A DNA stretch of 63,716 bases, counting the filler, from Sphacelaria rigidula (lineage: Eukaryota): the NCBI GenBank assembly GCA_964200075.2. It is 10 parts of 10 records of this genome, joined end to end, with 100 filler letters (N's around TTAATTAATTAA, not from the genome) between each part and the next. Parts side by side here need not be neighbours in the genome. Positions count along the whole stretch, not along the records: positions 19,149 to 25,430 come from CAXNAA020021031.1; positions 25,531 to 31,811 come from CAXNAA020021032.1; positions 31,912 to 38,192 come from CAXNAA020021033.1; 7 more parts are not named here. One strand, 5' to 3'. The position numbers were made by a program, and so were the translations under genes. The notes under the pieces are model-generated. The model searched no databases and had not been told where the DNA came from. It saw only the letters and a program-made list of their open reading frames with translations. Positions within the stretch are counted from its first letter, which is position 1. Each line of letters begins with the position of its first letter. Below are positions 23,765 to 35,876 of the stretch, piece after piece.

Positions 23765-26700
23765 TACCTATTGGGGGGGCATAAAAGGGTCTATTCCATT
23801 GTGACTGGCGAGACTATATCAAGTGTCGCAGTAGTCCGAGGTGGTGTGTTTTGCAAGGTATACCCGAAAGTACGGGAGTTTTGGTTCGCATACTAAACTA
23901 CACCGGCATGTGTCCCGAACAATGCAGTATGCTCCGGCAGGATACCGACCCTTGCTCCAAGCAATCCGAAATGGTTTGGAAGGGCATTTACTGATAAAAC
24001 ACCTCATTTATACCTCTGTTAATACCCTGTTAGTAATTTCAGCCGATATATCCCATAGAATACATAGTTGAAAAATTGCAAAGTGGTATTCGTTCGGAAG
24101 TTCCTCTGGGGCCTGACACATGAATGGCACGCACGTCCAGACGGATCGTGACGATTAATACTATGCCGTGCATCTCCCAGGCGACAAAAGAAGCAAGAAA
24201 TCAAGGGGGCGAGTAAAGCAGCTCGCCTGCGTCCACAAGGACGCCCACTTTGAATCGTACGGAGGAAACACAAAATAGACTTCGTTGGAAAAGGGGTTTT
24301 TACTTTGGCGATGGACGCAGTGGGAGTAAAAGGAAGCGCTGGGTACGTTCTCCGGTCGTTCGAGTTTTTGCCGTGCGATTGGTTGGACAGTGGCTGTGGA
24401 AAGCCCACGGTAGCGAAACGCGCGTAGACTCTGGACCAAAGCGGGTGAAAATACGCACATAAATGGGTGGAAGATGAACATAGTGGGTGGCGGGCGGTGG
24501 ACCCACCCCATTATGGGACAGAAGAGGGTGTTCTGCGAGGCCCTTGTGCCCAGCGGTGCTGTTTGGCCCTAAATCGCGCTTTGTTTTTGGCGAACATTGG
24601 TGTGCATGCTCTGCAAGGGCTGTGAGCGAGTCGACGCTGCGATGGGATTAATTTTTGAGTGGTTTTGGCCTAGCACGGGCACCTCCAACTTTCGCAACCC
24701 ATCACCTCCCTCGATGTGGCGGAAAAGGGGGAGAGGGTACACCCATTTGTTTTGTTCATGGACCGAAATTCAAATTCAAAGGCCCCAGTTGCTGGAGCAG
24801 AGATGGCACCAGATAAATGCCTCATATCGGAACAGAAATGGAACATCACAGCGCGATGTAACCTCCGTAGCAACCATGGCCATACCCTGGGTCTATGGAG
24901 TGCAATTATTTCACGTTTGGCTACACAGGGGGGGTGCTATTCGAGCAGTTGTTGGATGAAATACCCACCATTCATATCGAGATCACAGTTTATTCTACCA
25001 CGCGAAAATCAGGAGGAAACAGTGGACGGAGACGGTCGTCGGCGGTTGAGCTTTGCGTAGGGATACTGGCTTCGCCAGACAGAGGTACCGCGGTGGTGCT
25101 CAATGCAAATAAACTCGAATGGATTTTTTAAGGAAACATTGCACTGAAGGGTGCTTCCCAGTAAATGGCACGGTCTCGAGAGGACCTGCTGCCTGCGGTG
25201 GCGACACGCACGTCATCAGTGCGTGGGCCAAGCCCCAACTTCAAAACGCTGGCATGAGAGTGCACTCATAGAGAAAGCGTTTCGGCATTACACCAAGTCC
25301 AATCCTTGCTCCAGTAGTCAGCGTCAGAAGTATGCAGAATCCGTAATTTATTAGTTTTTCAAAGATTGTTCAAATTTGTTTTGCTTGCCACAGCTCATCA
25401 CGGTGATTGTTGGATGCCAAAAAATGCGCANNNNNNNNNNNNNNNNNNNNNNNNNNNNNNNNNNNNNNNNNNNNTTAATTAATTAANNNNNNNNNNNNNN
25501 NNNNNNNNNNNNNNNNNNNNNNNNNNNNNNGCCGTTACATACATACGTTGATTTTTAGCAACATGAAGCCGCACTGTTTCATGCATATGCAGGACACGTC
25601 ATTCCTAACCAGCCTCGTTGGTCGTTCTGGAGGCCCAGTCCCATAAGGGTTAAGATGAGGATATACCTATACACGGGCATCGCAATGACCCACTGCGGCG
25701 GCAATGCACCACTCATTGTCTGCTTGACTGCTTGCAGCTTCGTTTTTCTGCTGCTATACCATCCGCCCCGGCGTACACTACAGGTGTGACTCGAGTCTGC
25801 GAGCCGATCACAAGCATTTTTCACTACTACGTCATTCACTGCGAAGGTCGCATTTCATCGACGCTGGATTCCGCCAATTCCTCACGAGAGGGCTTCTGAT
25901 TGGTTGAAATTCACTTCTTCTACATTTCCTACCCCCATGTATGGACGTTATGCCCATTATTATTGGATCTCGGGACCTAAAACCAACAGCCTGAATCAAC
26001 CCAAAGGGAGTACCCAGATTGGGCACAGCAACTCAGCCCTTGGACCGCGAGCATGGGTCATCTGTTGAATCGGCATCATCACTTTCACCTGAATATTTAT
26101 AAACAGATAGATAGATTGCTCTGCTTTGCATCGAGCTTCCAATATTCTTTTTTTCTCTTCCTTCGTTATGATGGAAAAGGAGCATAGTGATAAATCATGC
26201 GCCGTTCTAATCTAGCAAGCTAGGGTGAGAAACAAGTGATACCGAGACGGGAAAACAGCACGCGGACAGACCAGCGACTTCAAGGAGGGCGGCAGTCACG
26301 CGCAAGGGGGTATGGGTACTGTCGCAGGTCGAAACGCGGACCGCCTTCCGCACGAGGAGAGGAAGCAAAACAGGGGGAAACAATTGATACGTACTGGTGT
26401 GCTCGTACTGAAAATGCCATGTAAGGCAGCGTCCAGTACAGGGGAAAACAATTGATACGTTATGTACTCGTACTGAAAATTCTATGTGGGTAAAAACACG
26501 CAAACAAATCACAATCGATTTATGCACACAAAATCTAGAGAATTGGGTTTCACCTTTTCCTGGCGTCGCGTCAGCGGCGAGAACCCCCCCCCCCAGAGCG
26601 CAAAACACCTCACTCTTGTACGTTTGGGTTTGTTGCGGCTCAGTATCATGCTCGGGCGAAAAACTGAAATAAGTTGACTTCGCTTAGGTGTGTGGGAAGC

Positions 26701-27109
26701 GCACGCAAAAAACCGCAGTTCAATCCTCTGCTTCGTCAATGAGCTCTACGCGTTGCACGATCGGCACTTTTGGGTCGAGGATTAGTAGCGCCTTTGTAGA
26801 GGTATCTCAAACTCGGCGTCCCGGTATCCTGGTATGATATTTGGCTATTCGCATCCCGGAACCGTTTCAAGGATATCTCCGGCAACCGGTGGAGTTACCT
26901 CAAACCGGGTTCATGCATTATTTTCACTTGAAAAATGGGTATGAGCCACACCATCCGGTCGCACAAGCTCTGCACCTATGACACGCACATGCCTGGTGCA
27001 TCACATCGCCCCCACCGCCTGTTCATCATTCGGTTTCACGTAAAAAGCAGTAGACCTAGAGCTTCAGTTGTATATCTATGGCTGTCAACATGAATACTTG
27101 ACTTTAGAC

Positions 27110-27512
27110 TTGGGAAAGTTCTGAGAAAATTTATGGTTTGGCATCTGGTGGGCAGTGAACCCAGCTCGTCCAGATCGTGTTTTTGTCGAAATCGGCGCCT
27201 GCGGCGTCGATTTCAGGTCTGCCGACGCACACCATGCCTACGGGAACGTATATACCCCCTTGTCTGAGGGTCTCGTACGCTTGGGTCGGGGTTAGGTGCT
27301 CGTCCAGAACGTGTTCTTGTCGAATTCGGCGCCTGCGGCGTCGATTTCAGGTCTGCCACCCCACACTGTGCCTAGGGGAATGTGTGTACCCCCCTCGCCC
27401 CAGCGTTTCGTACGCCTTGGGTCGGGGTTAGGGTTAGGATTAGGATTCGGGTGAGGGTTAGTGTTTTAGTTTTTCGAAGTTATAAATTTCTGAGAAATTT
27501 CTCACCCTCCCA
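27110..27512. mobile_element. MITE-like repeat with internal ~130-bp duplication and TTAGGG-like motifs
   Basis: Two copies of GAAATCGGCGCCTGCGGCGTCGATTTCAGGTCTGCC...GGGTCGGGGTTAGG, then GGTTAGGGTTAGGATTAGG, ending CTGAGAAATTTCTCACCCTCCCA. A related reverse-oriented copy lies at about 30885-31128. Confidence 0.65.
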
Positions 27513-29109
27513 AATGGTAAACTAACCTCCTTGCCCCGTGGAAGTGGCTGGGCTCAACGTGTGTAAACGCGTTTTACTGACCCGTTTGGGACCGAATCTC
27601 TCACTAAACAGAGGTGAGGAGCTGGTCTTCACGCAGGGTCTATTTGTGAATCGGCGTCATTTTCACTTTTGTCAGTGAGAATGACGCCGACGCACAGTGG
27701 GCCCTCACCACGGTTAGTCTCCTCCAGTCTAGAAAGGGTTTGCCCTTAGACGACGAGGGTATTATAGTCCATCTGCATAATGCGCTCTTTTTTCAAGTGA
27801 AACTGACGTCGATTCAACGTATGACCTAATCTTGCCGTGTAAGGGTCAGGGCTGCTCGATGCGAGATATCACCGATGTATGTTAGATTTACCGCTGGGAA
27901 TACGTGAAGAGCACGCCTTTGTTCTTCACAAACATCACCCCGATACCCAGTCTACGGAAGGAATGTGGAAGCCTGCGAAAAAGGACTGTTCCCAACTTCT
28001 TCTGGTCATGGTCGCTGTATAATGGTTGGCTGGGATGCCTAGGGGTACACTGCGCGTGAATCACCTCTTGGTGTTGATGTTATGTGGGGACAAAAAGGAA
28101 AGAGGGTCAGACAAGTTCACCATTTGACCCGCCAGGGTGCATCATCTGGTCATTTGTGAACTAAGCTTCGCTAGGGGTGAGGCAGTAGACTTACGGGTCC
28201 TGACGAAGAACCTTGTCGTACCCTGCTGCCGAAGGATCTCCACAGCCAGGCGTAATTCTCCTTCTTGTCATTTGGGCAAGGATGCGACCGTGGTCAAGGG
28301 TAGGCTACGAGAACGAGTGACCGGGTCGGTACAGCGTACCGGTCCGTTGGACCAGGATTCATGCGGTGACTCTTGTTATTCTGAGTTCTAATACCGTAGA
28401 TCTCGTTGCCTAGGTTTGCTAAGGATCCAGTTTCACAGGTTTGAACGTTTCGAGTCCGCTCATGTGTTTCACTGGCGGGCTCCGTTCCTGTGACTGTTTC
28501 TCCGGCTTACATATGTATATGGATGTCATTACGCTCATACATACGTGGCCTCCGCAATTACAGTCATTTTTCGAGTGGAAGTGATGATGCCGATTGAACA
28601 GATGGTCTATCCCGGTGGTGAAAAAAATAGCCCCTTGGCCGCGAGGGTAGGTCATGTGGGTCATGCATATATATTGCAATTTTCAAATTGGTTGTTGTCT
28701 CAGGCCATTTCAGGTTCAGCATTGGATTTCTGTGACAGAAAAGTGTTTCGTTTTTTTCAGAATATATATCCAGAACCAATCAGAACTTTTCAAGAACCAC
28801 TCAGAACTTTTCAAAAACCTGCCCAAAACGTGACCCCTCCCACATACTTTAACCCCTATTGTTAAAATACGGGAGTCCTACAATATACAGAGCAGTACAG
28901 AGTACTACACTGAACACAACACAGAAGTCCTACAGTGTTATCACAGTAGTGGGCTGTCTAACTATTCATTTTGTGGCATTTTGTGATTTTTTCGTGACTG
29001 GCGATTTTCTTGGGCTCTTTTCGCTCGCCATCCTCCATCACATCGGGGATCTGAAGATATTTGTATCCTCTCCACATTCCAAGAAGAGAAAACCATCTGT
29101 ACTCAATAT

Positions 29110-29345
29110 TGAGTGACTTACGGGCTGACCGGTCATCGGGGGTCCTGCCACGCTTCAACCCAGATTCTGACTATTCTCTATTTTCGGTCGATCGAGCCCG
29201 TCCCGATCACATTCGTCAAGAAATGCACAGTTTTAATTTTTCAAATTCTGCCTACTCAGTGCACCAGGGCAGAAAAACTGTGTTTCACTGTCAACAACAC
29301 CCTCTTGGTAAACGGAGTATTTCCTCGTTTCGCCCGATAACACCA
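29110..29345 (+). repeat. Dispersed repeat shared with 54443-54690
   Basis: Collinear AGTGACTTACGGGCTG, TATTTTCGGTCGATCGAGC, CTGTGTTTCAC.GTCAA.AACACCCTC and TCGCCCGAT.ACACCA. Confidence 0.75.
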
Positions 29346-30626
29346 ACTAACACTGACTTGGGCACTGTGTTTCGAAGATCATCTGTTTTGTTGTACCAAA
29401 ATCTACCGACGCTAGCAATCTTGAGTTCCATCGAAGAGTAGTACGCGAGGAAAACCCCAAAACACCCCTTAATAGTTAGACCGCCCACTATTGTGGAACT
29501 TTTTAGAACCTGAACATGGACTGTATACAGCATGCATCAGCTGCTTGCCATCCATCGAGAATGAGGATTTTCTCCCACTGCTTGTTGGGGCCTACGCTGC
29601 GGGGTATCACAGCTGAAGTGACGACAGACCGTTTATACACCCAAGGCTCCGCTGCGTTGGTGACATGGGGCACGAGAGTGAAAACAGCTGTTGCGCCTCC
29701 CACAATAAGGAATTATGTTACGAAAAGCGCTGCCGCTTATACTCCTCTCTTCGTCTGTTGTGTTGATTAGATTGGCACCGCCATGTTCGCCGTTCTACCT
29801 CCGCAGCCTCCGTCCGCTACGACTTGTACCTCTGGAATACACGCACAAGTGTCACTCACCCCAGCGTCGGTCATATGTAGTATCAGTATACTCTCAACCC
29901 TTAGACCGCGATGCGGGTAGTACATCTGGATTGCACATACGTTTTGGCAGACTGCATTTGGAGCGGGACAGATTTGCTCGGTAACTACCGATCAGATCGC
30001 TCCATTTCGCTTTGGAATCGCCAGGAGAGTAGTTTAAAACCTAGTGCCCGTGCGGTCAAATCTCGTAGCGTTCCAACGCATTACAGAAACATGAAGAGTA
30101 CAGTATAGTACACTGAACACAACACAACGGTACAGTAGTACGGCGCAGTACTGGCCCCCAACGCGCAACAGCAGGAGGAGCGCCGCAGTGACGGACAGCG
30201 CAGTACGTCTTGCCGAAGACGAAACAGCCGACACACCCATGAAGCTTTCAACAGTGTGCAGCAAGCACGACGTGCCGACTAACATTGATTTCTGCAGAGA
30301 CGAACACAACGACAATATCGCAGCTCGGATGCAATCTAACCCGTATTCCACGACCTGAACACACAACAACAGTACAGGCAGTTGAAGCTTCAACACCGAG
30401 GAAGGCTTGAGTGTTTTCGCTGAGGTACAGTGGTGGAACCGGACATTTCCCATGTTTTAGTCCTCCGTCTGGTTATGGAGAGGTCCTCAATATTGGGCCA
30501 GTGCCAAGTTTGAACGCTCGGCCATAGTCCGGCTTCTTTCAATTTACTTTGGATTACCCCTATCTCTGTGTGGGAAGCAGATTCTGTCCTGGTTACGTCT
30601 TCAGCTTGCCTACGTTTTGAGGCTAG

Positions 30627-30832
30627 TTAATTTGACCGCGAGGGTTGGTCACCTGCTGAATCGGCATCAATTTTCACTTGAAAAAAGTATCGTGATCCAG
30701 ATGGACTACCCGCACCGCGATCTAACGGTTAACCCTTGGACAGCGAGAGTAGGTCATCTGTTGAATCGGCATCAATTTCACTTGAAAAAAGTATGTGTCT
30801 TCCAGATGGACTGATTGCATCGTGGTCGAGGG
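30627..30832. mobile_element. Tandem pair of ~100-bp piggyBac-type MITEs joined at TTAA
   Basis: TTAA(30627)-copy 1-TTAA(30729-30732)-CCCTTGGACAGCGAG...GTCGAGGGG. Core GTCATCTGTTGAATCGGCATCA.TTTCACTTGAAAA. Relatives near 26037, 27743-27845, 28545-28650, 29898 and 34945-35150. Confidence 0.7.
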
Positions 30833-31707
30833 GTTCGCCGAGATTCGGCTACAAATGCTCATCGTTGACACATTTGACAAGTATAGCTAACACTAACCCT
30901 AACCCCAACGGAGGCACACCGAAAACCCTCAGGCGAGGGGGTGGACAGTGATACCTAGGCAAAGGGTCCGTTGCCAGACCTCAGATTGGCGCCTGAGGCG
31001 CCGATTTCGATAAAAACGCATTCTGCGCAAGCTAGGAGCACGCTCGGAGCATATCCCATTGAAGATCCGGATTTCGCTATTCACACTAAAATCAAGTCAA
31101 ACTATCTGAGAAATTTCTCACCCTCCCAGGTGGAAGGCTATACTGGGGGCGAGTCCGCGGTCTCAAGGGATCAATCGAGTTCTCGATCTCCCGCTAGAGT
31201 CTTGCATTTTAGTATCGCCGACTGGGTTGTATCCGCACTCCCGTCGAACCGCATCGACATCCTCGTTTTCAACGACAGGACTCAGATCTCATCAGAAAAA
31301 AACATCAAAATTGCATGTGCCGTCAGTCGATCCGCATTCTTCCGACCAACTTGGTTTCCGTTGTACCAATCAGACCACCACGGCGCGGCGGCAATCAAAA
31401 ACCCAATCATCAGTCGGTAACCCCCTTCAGCGTTTCATGATACTATACGAGTACTCAGCCTCCTCCGTATTCTTCCGTACGACGTGATGTGAGAAATGAC
31501 AAGTAAGGGGAATTGCTTCAATACTTCAGTACACAAAAACGCTCTGGCCTTTGCGCACATACGTGTACATACAGCTTTTCGCATATGTCATAATCCATTG
31601 TGACCTCCTCCAAAAGAATGTGATTTGGATCATGACTGGCTCGTTCGTTTCACATTTTTTGCAAGAAACCTGATCCTTCGTGATGCCGCGATAGCCCCCC
31701 CCCCCCG

Positions 31708-31811
31708 ACTATCTGTCTCGAAAGGGATGCGTGGTCAATGGTTACACGACTAAGGCAAGCAACAAATGAGTACGCCCTGCCCCCCCCCTGACTATGACAT
31801 GCATGATCATG
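31708..31811 (+). mobile_element. Subfamily A copy between two C runs, followed by a subfamily B fragment
   Basis: C run (about 31695-31706), then GTCTCGAAAGGGATGCGTGGTCAATGG..ACGACTAAGGCAAGCAACAAATGAGTACGCCCTG, then a C run, then TGACTATGACATGCATGATCATG at the contig end. Confidence 0.85.
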
Positions 31812-32557
31812 NNNNNNNNNNNNNNNNNNNNNNNNNNNNNNNNNNNNNNNNNNNNTTAATTAATTAANNNNNNNNNNNNNNNNNNNNNNNNNNNNNNNNN
31901 NNNNNNNNNNNCCAACCACTAGCTGGTTTGGACGGGGGGGGGGGGGGTACCACAGCATTACTCCTTCCCTCTCTTTCTCCTGGTTTTTCTTTCTTTCAAC
32001 ATTTCACATCCCGGACGATATGTGGTTAATGTTGATATTTAGGCGCAATACAGTAGAGCAAGACTTGTGTACTGCGTTGAGAGTGTAGCCCTATTGCGCC
32101 CACTGTTGGGTCGATCCTGTATAATGACTGCATTACCTCGTCAAAGAGGATACTGCGTAGAGTGTCGACTACTGCGCCTACTGCAATAGACCATAGATTC
32201 CATATTTTGTCCAGGGTGTGCAATAGTAACAATAGGCTTTACTTTGCGCAGTACATTTCTTCTACTGCAACTATTAACCACACACTGTCCATGGCGTGCA
32301 ATATATACTCAAATCAAGAATTGCTAGAGATTCGTTCTCCTCATGTTTTTGGGCATTTTTGATGGTCACGGCTGGGTCCCTTCGGCGGAGATCTGTATCA
32401 CTACACACACCGTATACAGTACATCTATCAGTCAAGCTAAAAAAGTTGCCAAGGAACCCCTCCCCCGCCCCTCCGAAGGGCAACCCAAACACGCGCACAT
32501 ACACGCACAGTTACTACTAATACTCTCGCTTTGTTCGACTAATGATTCTCAGACAAA

Positions 32558-32600
<43 letters not shown>

Positions 32601-33094
32601 ACCCCCACCCAACCCCCCCGCACCTCACACACCCNNNNNNNNNNCACACACCCGCAAATACCCCTCCAACTAATTCTTAAAACCCCCCCTTTTTTTTCCA
32701 ATACTTCCCACAACCCCCCCCCCCCCCCCCCCCCCGCCTCCCCCTTCCCCCGAAAGGACGACAACTACCGCGTGAGAGTGATGCCGCGATAGGGGTGCAC
32801 GAGAATTTCTTGAGGCTTTTCACTTCGGGAGCCCCTCAATAAGGAACATCTAGGCTCAAGTGTCCAACCTCACACAAATATTGGCCTAAAAAAGACGTGT
32901 ACGTACCCCAACAATGAAATGACACTATTCATGACGTCATCCCCATCCAAAAGTCCCTAAGCTCAACAGGGTTGTGAAACGTATCAGACGTCAACCAAGG
33001 GATATTGACCAATCAGATTCCATTTTTTGTTTTCGGCAATTGAAAAATTGCGTGCCACGTCCCCCTCACCCCCCTCCCCTCTTCCTATTTCTAG

Positions 33095-33895
33095 CTACCT
33101 GCGCTGTTTTTTAGTACTGCTCGCGCCCTTTCCTCCCGTTGAGGTAAAACCGCCGCCTCCGCCACTTAAACGCTTCCCCTCTTCTTTCCCCTTCTTGTCA
33201 GAGGAGGCGTTTTTTCGGCGGCCGGAGGCTACTACTGGCACAGTCCCGTCCACTCCCGCGTTCGGGTTGTCGGGGTCCCAAGCCTCGAGGAGCTTCTCGT
33301 AGTCGTCGAAGCTCGCGAAGGCTGGGGCATCCGCACCGCGCTTGCCGAGTCTTTTGCGACGGTTGCCACTGATGGCTGGACCACTGAGTTCGGCGCCGAC
33401 GACAACCCCTCCGTCTTCTTGCCTGTGTCTCTGCATTTTGCCCGTGGTGGCCGTTTTGCTGGAAACAGCAGCGGCGTTCTTTGTGGCATTGTTATTGTTG
33501 TCGTCGTCGTCGTCGTTGGTGGTGTTGGGAGATGACTTTCTGTTTTTCTTTTTGGATGATGGCAATTTTCTGCTGCTATTGGTGTTTTTGGCGGAGGAGG
33601 AGGAGGAGGAGGAGGAGGAAGCGCTGGTGCTGTCTTGCCTTATTGCTGTTGCCGTGGTTGTTTTCGCCTGTGCTGTCGTCTTCGTTTTCTTCTTCTTACT
33701 GCTGCTTGCTGTCGTATTTTTGAGGCCCGCGGTCGTACCTCGACTGGCTGTAGTGCTTGGGGCATCGTCGCCTGAAACGTCTGAATCTTCTTCATCTTCA
33801 TCTCCATCATCATCATCATCATTATCATCATCATCACCGTCGTCGTCTACGTTATCGTCAGAGGATGCCTCCCCTTCGCTGTCGTCCGTTTCCTC
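33095..33895 (-). CDS. Terminal exon of a probable CEBPZ/Mak21 (NOC1) ribosome biogenesis protein
   Basis: 801-nt open exon after a TTTTTCAG acceptor. It has an acidic tract, Lys-rich low-complexity sequence and PAFASFDDYEKLL, which resembles the conserved C-terminal F-A-S-x-D/E-D/E-Y/F-x-x-L-L motif of CEBPZ/Mak21. The CBF domain is not in this contig. Confidence 0.65.
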   Translation of the reverse strand, partial: EETDDSEGEASSDDNVDDDGDDDDNDDDDDGDEDEEDSDVSGDDAPSTTASRGTTAGLKNTTASSSKKKKTKTTAQAKTTTATAIRQDSTSASSSSSSSSSAKNTNSSRKLPSSKKKNRKSSPNTTNDDDDDNNNNATKNAAAVSSKTATTGKMQRHRQEDGGVVVGAELSGPAISGNRRKRLGKRGADAPAFASFDDYEKLLEAWDPDNPNAGVDGTVPVVASGRRKNASSDKKGKEEGKRLSGGGGGFTSTGGKGASSTKKQRR

Positions 33896-34676
33896 CTGAA
33901 AAACAACGAAACCATCGCAAGAAACAACGGAGTGTATGGCGACATGTACTATATGCGTATATATATACGAGGTTCCCTTCGGGAGGTTGGTACAGGCCTC
34001 CCGGGGGTGACGCGAGTCGAAAATATATGGTGAAGAGAGGCTGTTGTATCTCAGTGTACAGTCGTGATCGGATTAGGGTTAGGGTCAGCCTTTTCGTTGT
34101 ATATTAATAGTACGATACCCCCAGAAGGTTATGGGCTCTCGCCTCTCTGATACAGCAGAGTGCTCCGTCGATTAAGCTATGACGGCGCGTTGAGAACAGG
34201 ACAATGCTCACGAGAGCTGACAGTGAACATTCCAGTGCTTCGCACGTACGTTGTCCACATGGAGAGCATTTGATGGATCTGTAGCAGTACATATTGCTGA
34301 TCCATCTACATATGGTGTAGCCCTGCATGCAGGACGACGTCTGGTTCACCTGTTCACAGATTTTGTTGGAGTGTACAGTCAAGCTCACACTCTGTGAACT
34401 TGATGGCATCGTGTGCGTTTGCTTCGAGCTTGAAGCGTAAACTTAGCTCCGTGGCTCCCAAGGTACACAGACAACTCAACAAAAAATGCTACAGCAGTCT
34501 AGCCGACACCCGAGGAACTTTCCTCGTGGTAAGAATTTTCCAATGGACAGGACCCGTGGGTCTAGTTCTAGGTAGAACGATAAGGACTCTTGGGTTCGCA
34601 TGACTGGGACCCACATTACTTATCAGTCATAACGGTGTTACAGACTTCACGTCAAAACTAAAGAATAAAAAACCAA

Positions 34677-35876
34677 CACGTCGGACAGGTCAGCTCCCTA
34701 TAGCTCGAGCTAGCTCTTTTTGAGCGTAGCTCCCTAGTGAGCTATGAGAGCTGCATGAGCTACGCATGTTTGCCCTGGATGAGCTACCAACCCGTAGCTC
34801 ATCAGCCCATATTCGTCCTGGGTGAGCTATGGGAGCTGTATGAGCTACGCACGTTTGCCCTGGGCGAGCTATGAGAGATGCATGAGCTACACATGTTTAC
34901 CCTGGACGAGCTATGAGAGCTATGAGAGCTATGAGAGCTTATCTCTTTGACCGCGAGTGTAGGAGCTCTCTCAAACGGCATCATTCACACCCGAAAATTA
35001 AAGTGAAATATGCTGATTTATCAGGTCGCTAACCGTCGCGGTCAAAGGGCTAACCCCTTGACGGCGAGCATGGGCCATCTGTTGAATCGGCTCCAATTTC
35101 ACTTGAAAAACGTATGCATGACCAGATGGACTCGTACCCTCGCGGCCAACCGATCGAAAGAAACGAATCGGTCGATTATTGTAGATACTGAATATTAATA
35201 TTTTTTCCAAGCATCCGACCAAGCGGACGAGGATATGTGTTGGCTTCTTTCATTCCTATCGCGAAGAGCGAGGCAAAACATAACAACCTAATGATACGTG
35301 GCGTCATCCGTTCGAACAAGAATGTTACATCATGAGCGACACGATGTTGGCCAGCGGCGAGCTAGGCATACGACGTGAGTGAGCCACGACAATGTGCCCC
35401 TGGGGTGAGCTACCGGGCGTAGCTCATCCGCTCACGTTTTCCCCGGGTGAGCTATGTGAGCTGTATGAGCTACACATGTTTTTCCTGAGGTGATCTATCG
35501 AGCGTAGCTCATCCGCATATGTTTTCCCTGGGTGAGCTGTAAGAGCTACATGAGCTATGCATGTTTGCCCTGGATGAGCTACCAACCCGTAGCTCATCAA
35601 CCCATATTCGTCCTGGGTGAGCTATGGGAGCTGTATGAGCTACGCACGTTTGCGATAGGTGAGCTACCAACCCGTACCTCATCAGCTGAGATTCGTCCTG
35701 GGTAAGCTATGAGAGCTTCATGAGCTACGCATGTTTGCACTGGGTGAGGTACCAAGTCGTAGCTCATCAGCGCACGTTTACCTTGTTTTGAGCTATCGGC
35801 CGTAGTTCACATGTACATGTTTGATTGCACGTGAGCTACCGCCAGCAGATGAGCTAGCTCATGAGCTGTCCTACGT
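34677..35876. mobile_element. TIR element filled with a GAGCTA-rich tandem array (intronic)
   Basis: Termini CACGTCGGACAG ... CTGTCCTACGTG, with internal GGGTGAGCTATGAGAGCT..ATGAGCTAC units. Interrupted at about 34945-35390 by other insertions. Confidence 0.7.

Larger units (their letters stand above)
22505..24745. repeat. Pair of diverged ~420-bp inverted repeats (22505-22935 and 24330-24745)
   Basis: Collinear shared blocks on opposite strands: AAACCACTCAA, GCAGAGCATGCACACC, CAGCACCGC.GGGCACAAG, CTCGCAGAACA.CCTCTTCTGTCC and TTCCACAGCCAC.GTC. Confidence 0.8.

Noticed and set aside
30150..30360. Signal-peptide-like MGVSAVSSSARRTALSVTAALLLLL on the minus strand
   Set aside because: Part of the segment is shared with 59320-59430, where the frame is not kept, so it is more likely a dispersed repeat.
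32558..32750. Long poly(C) tracts and polyproline ORF
   Set aside because: Contains internal Ns and looks like low-quality sequence after a homopolymer.
33342..33899. Hydrophobic plus-strand ORF that looks like a membrane protein
   Set aside because: Antisense shadow of the Lys/Asp-rich minus-strand exon.
34070..34087. TTAGGGTTAGGG as a telomere
   Set aside because: Only two units, and intronic.
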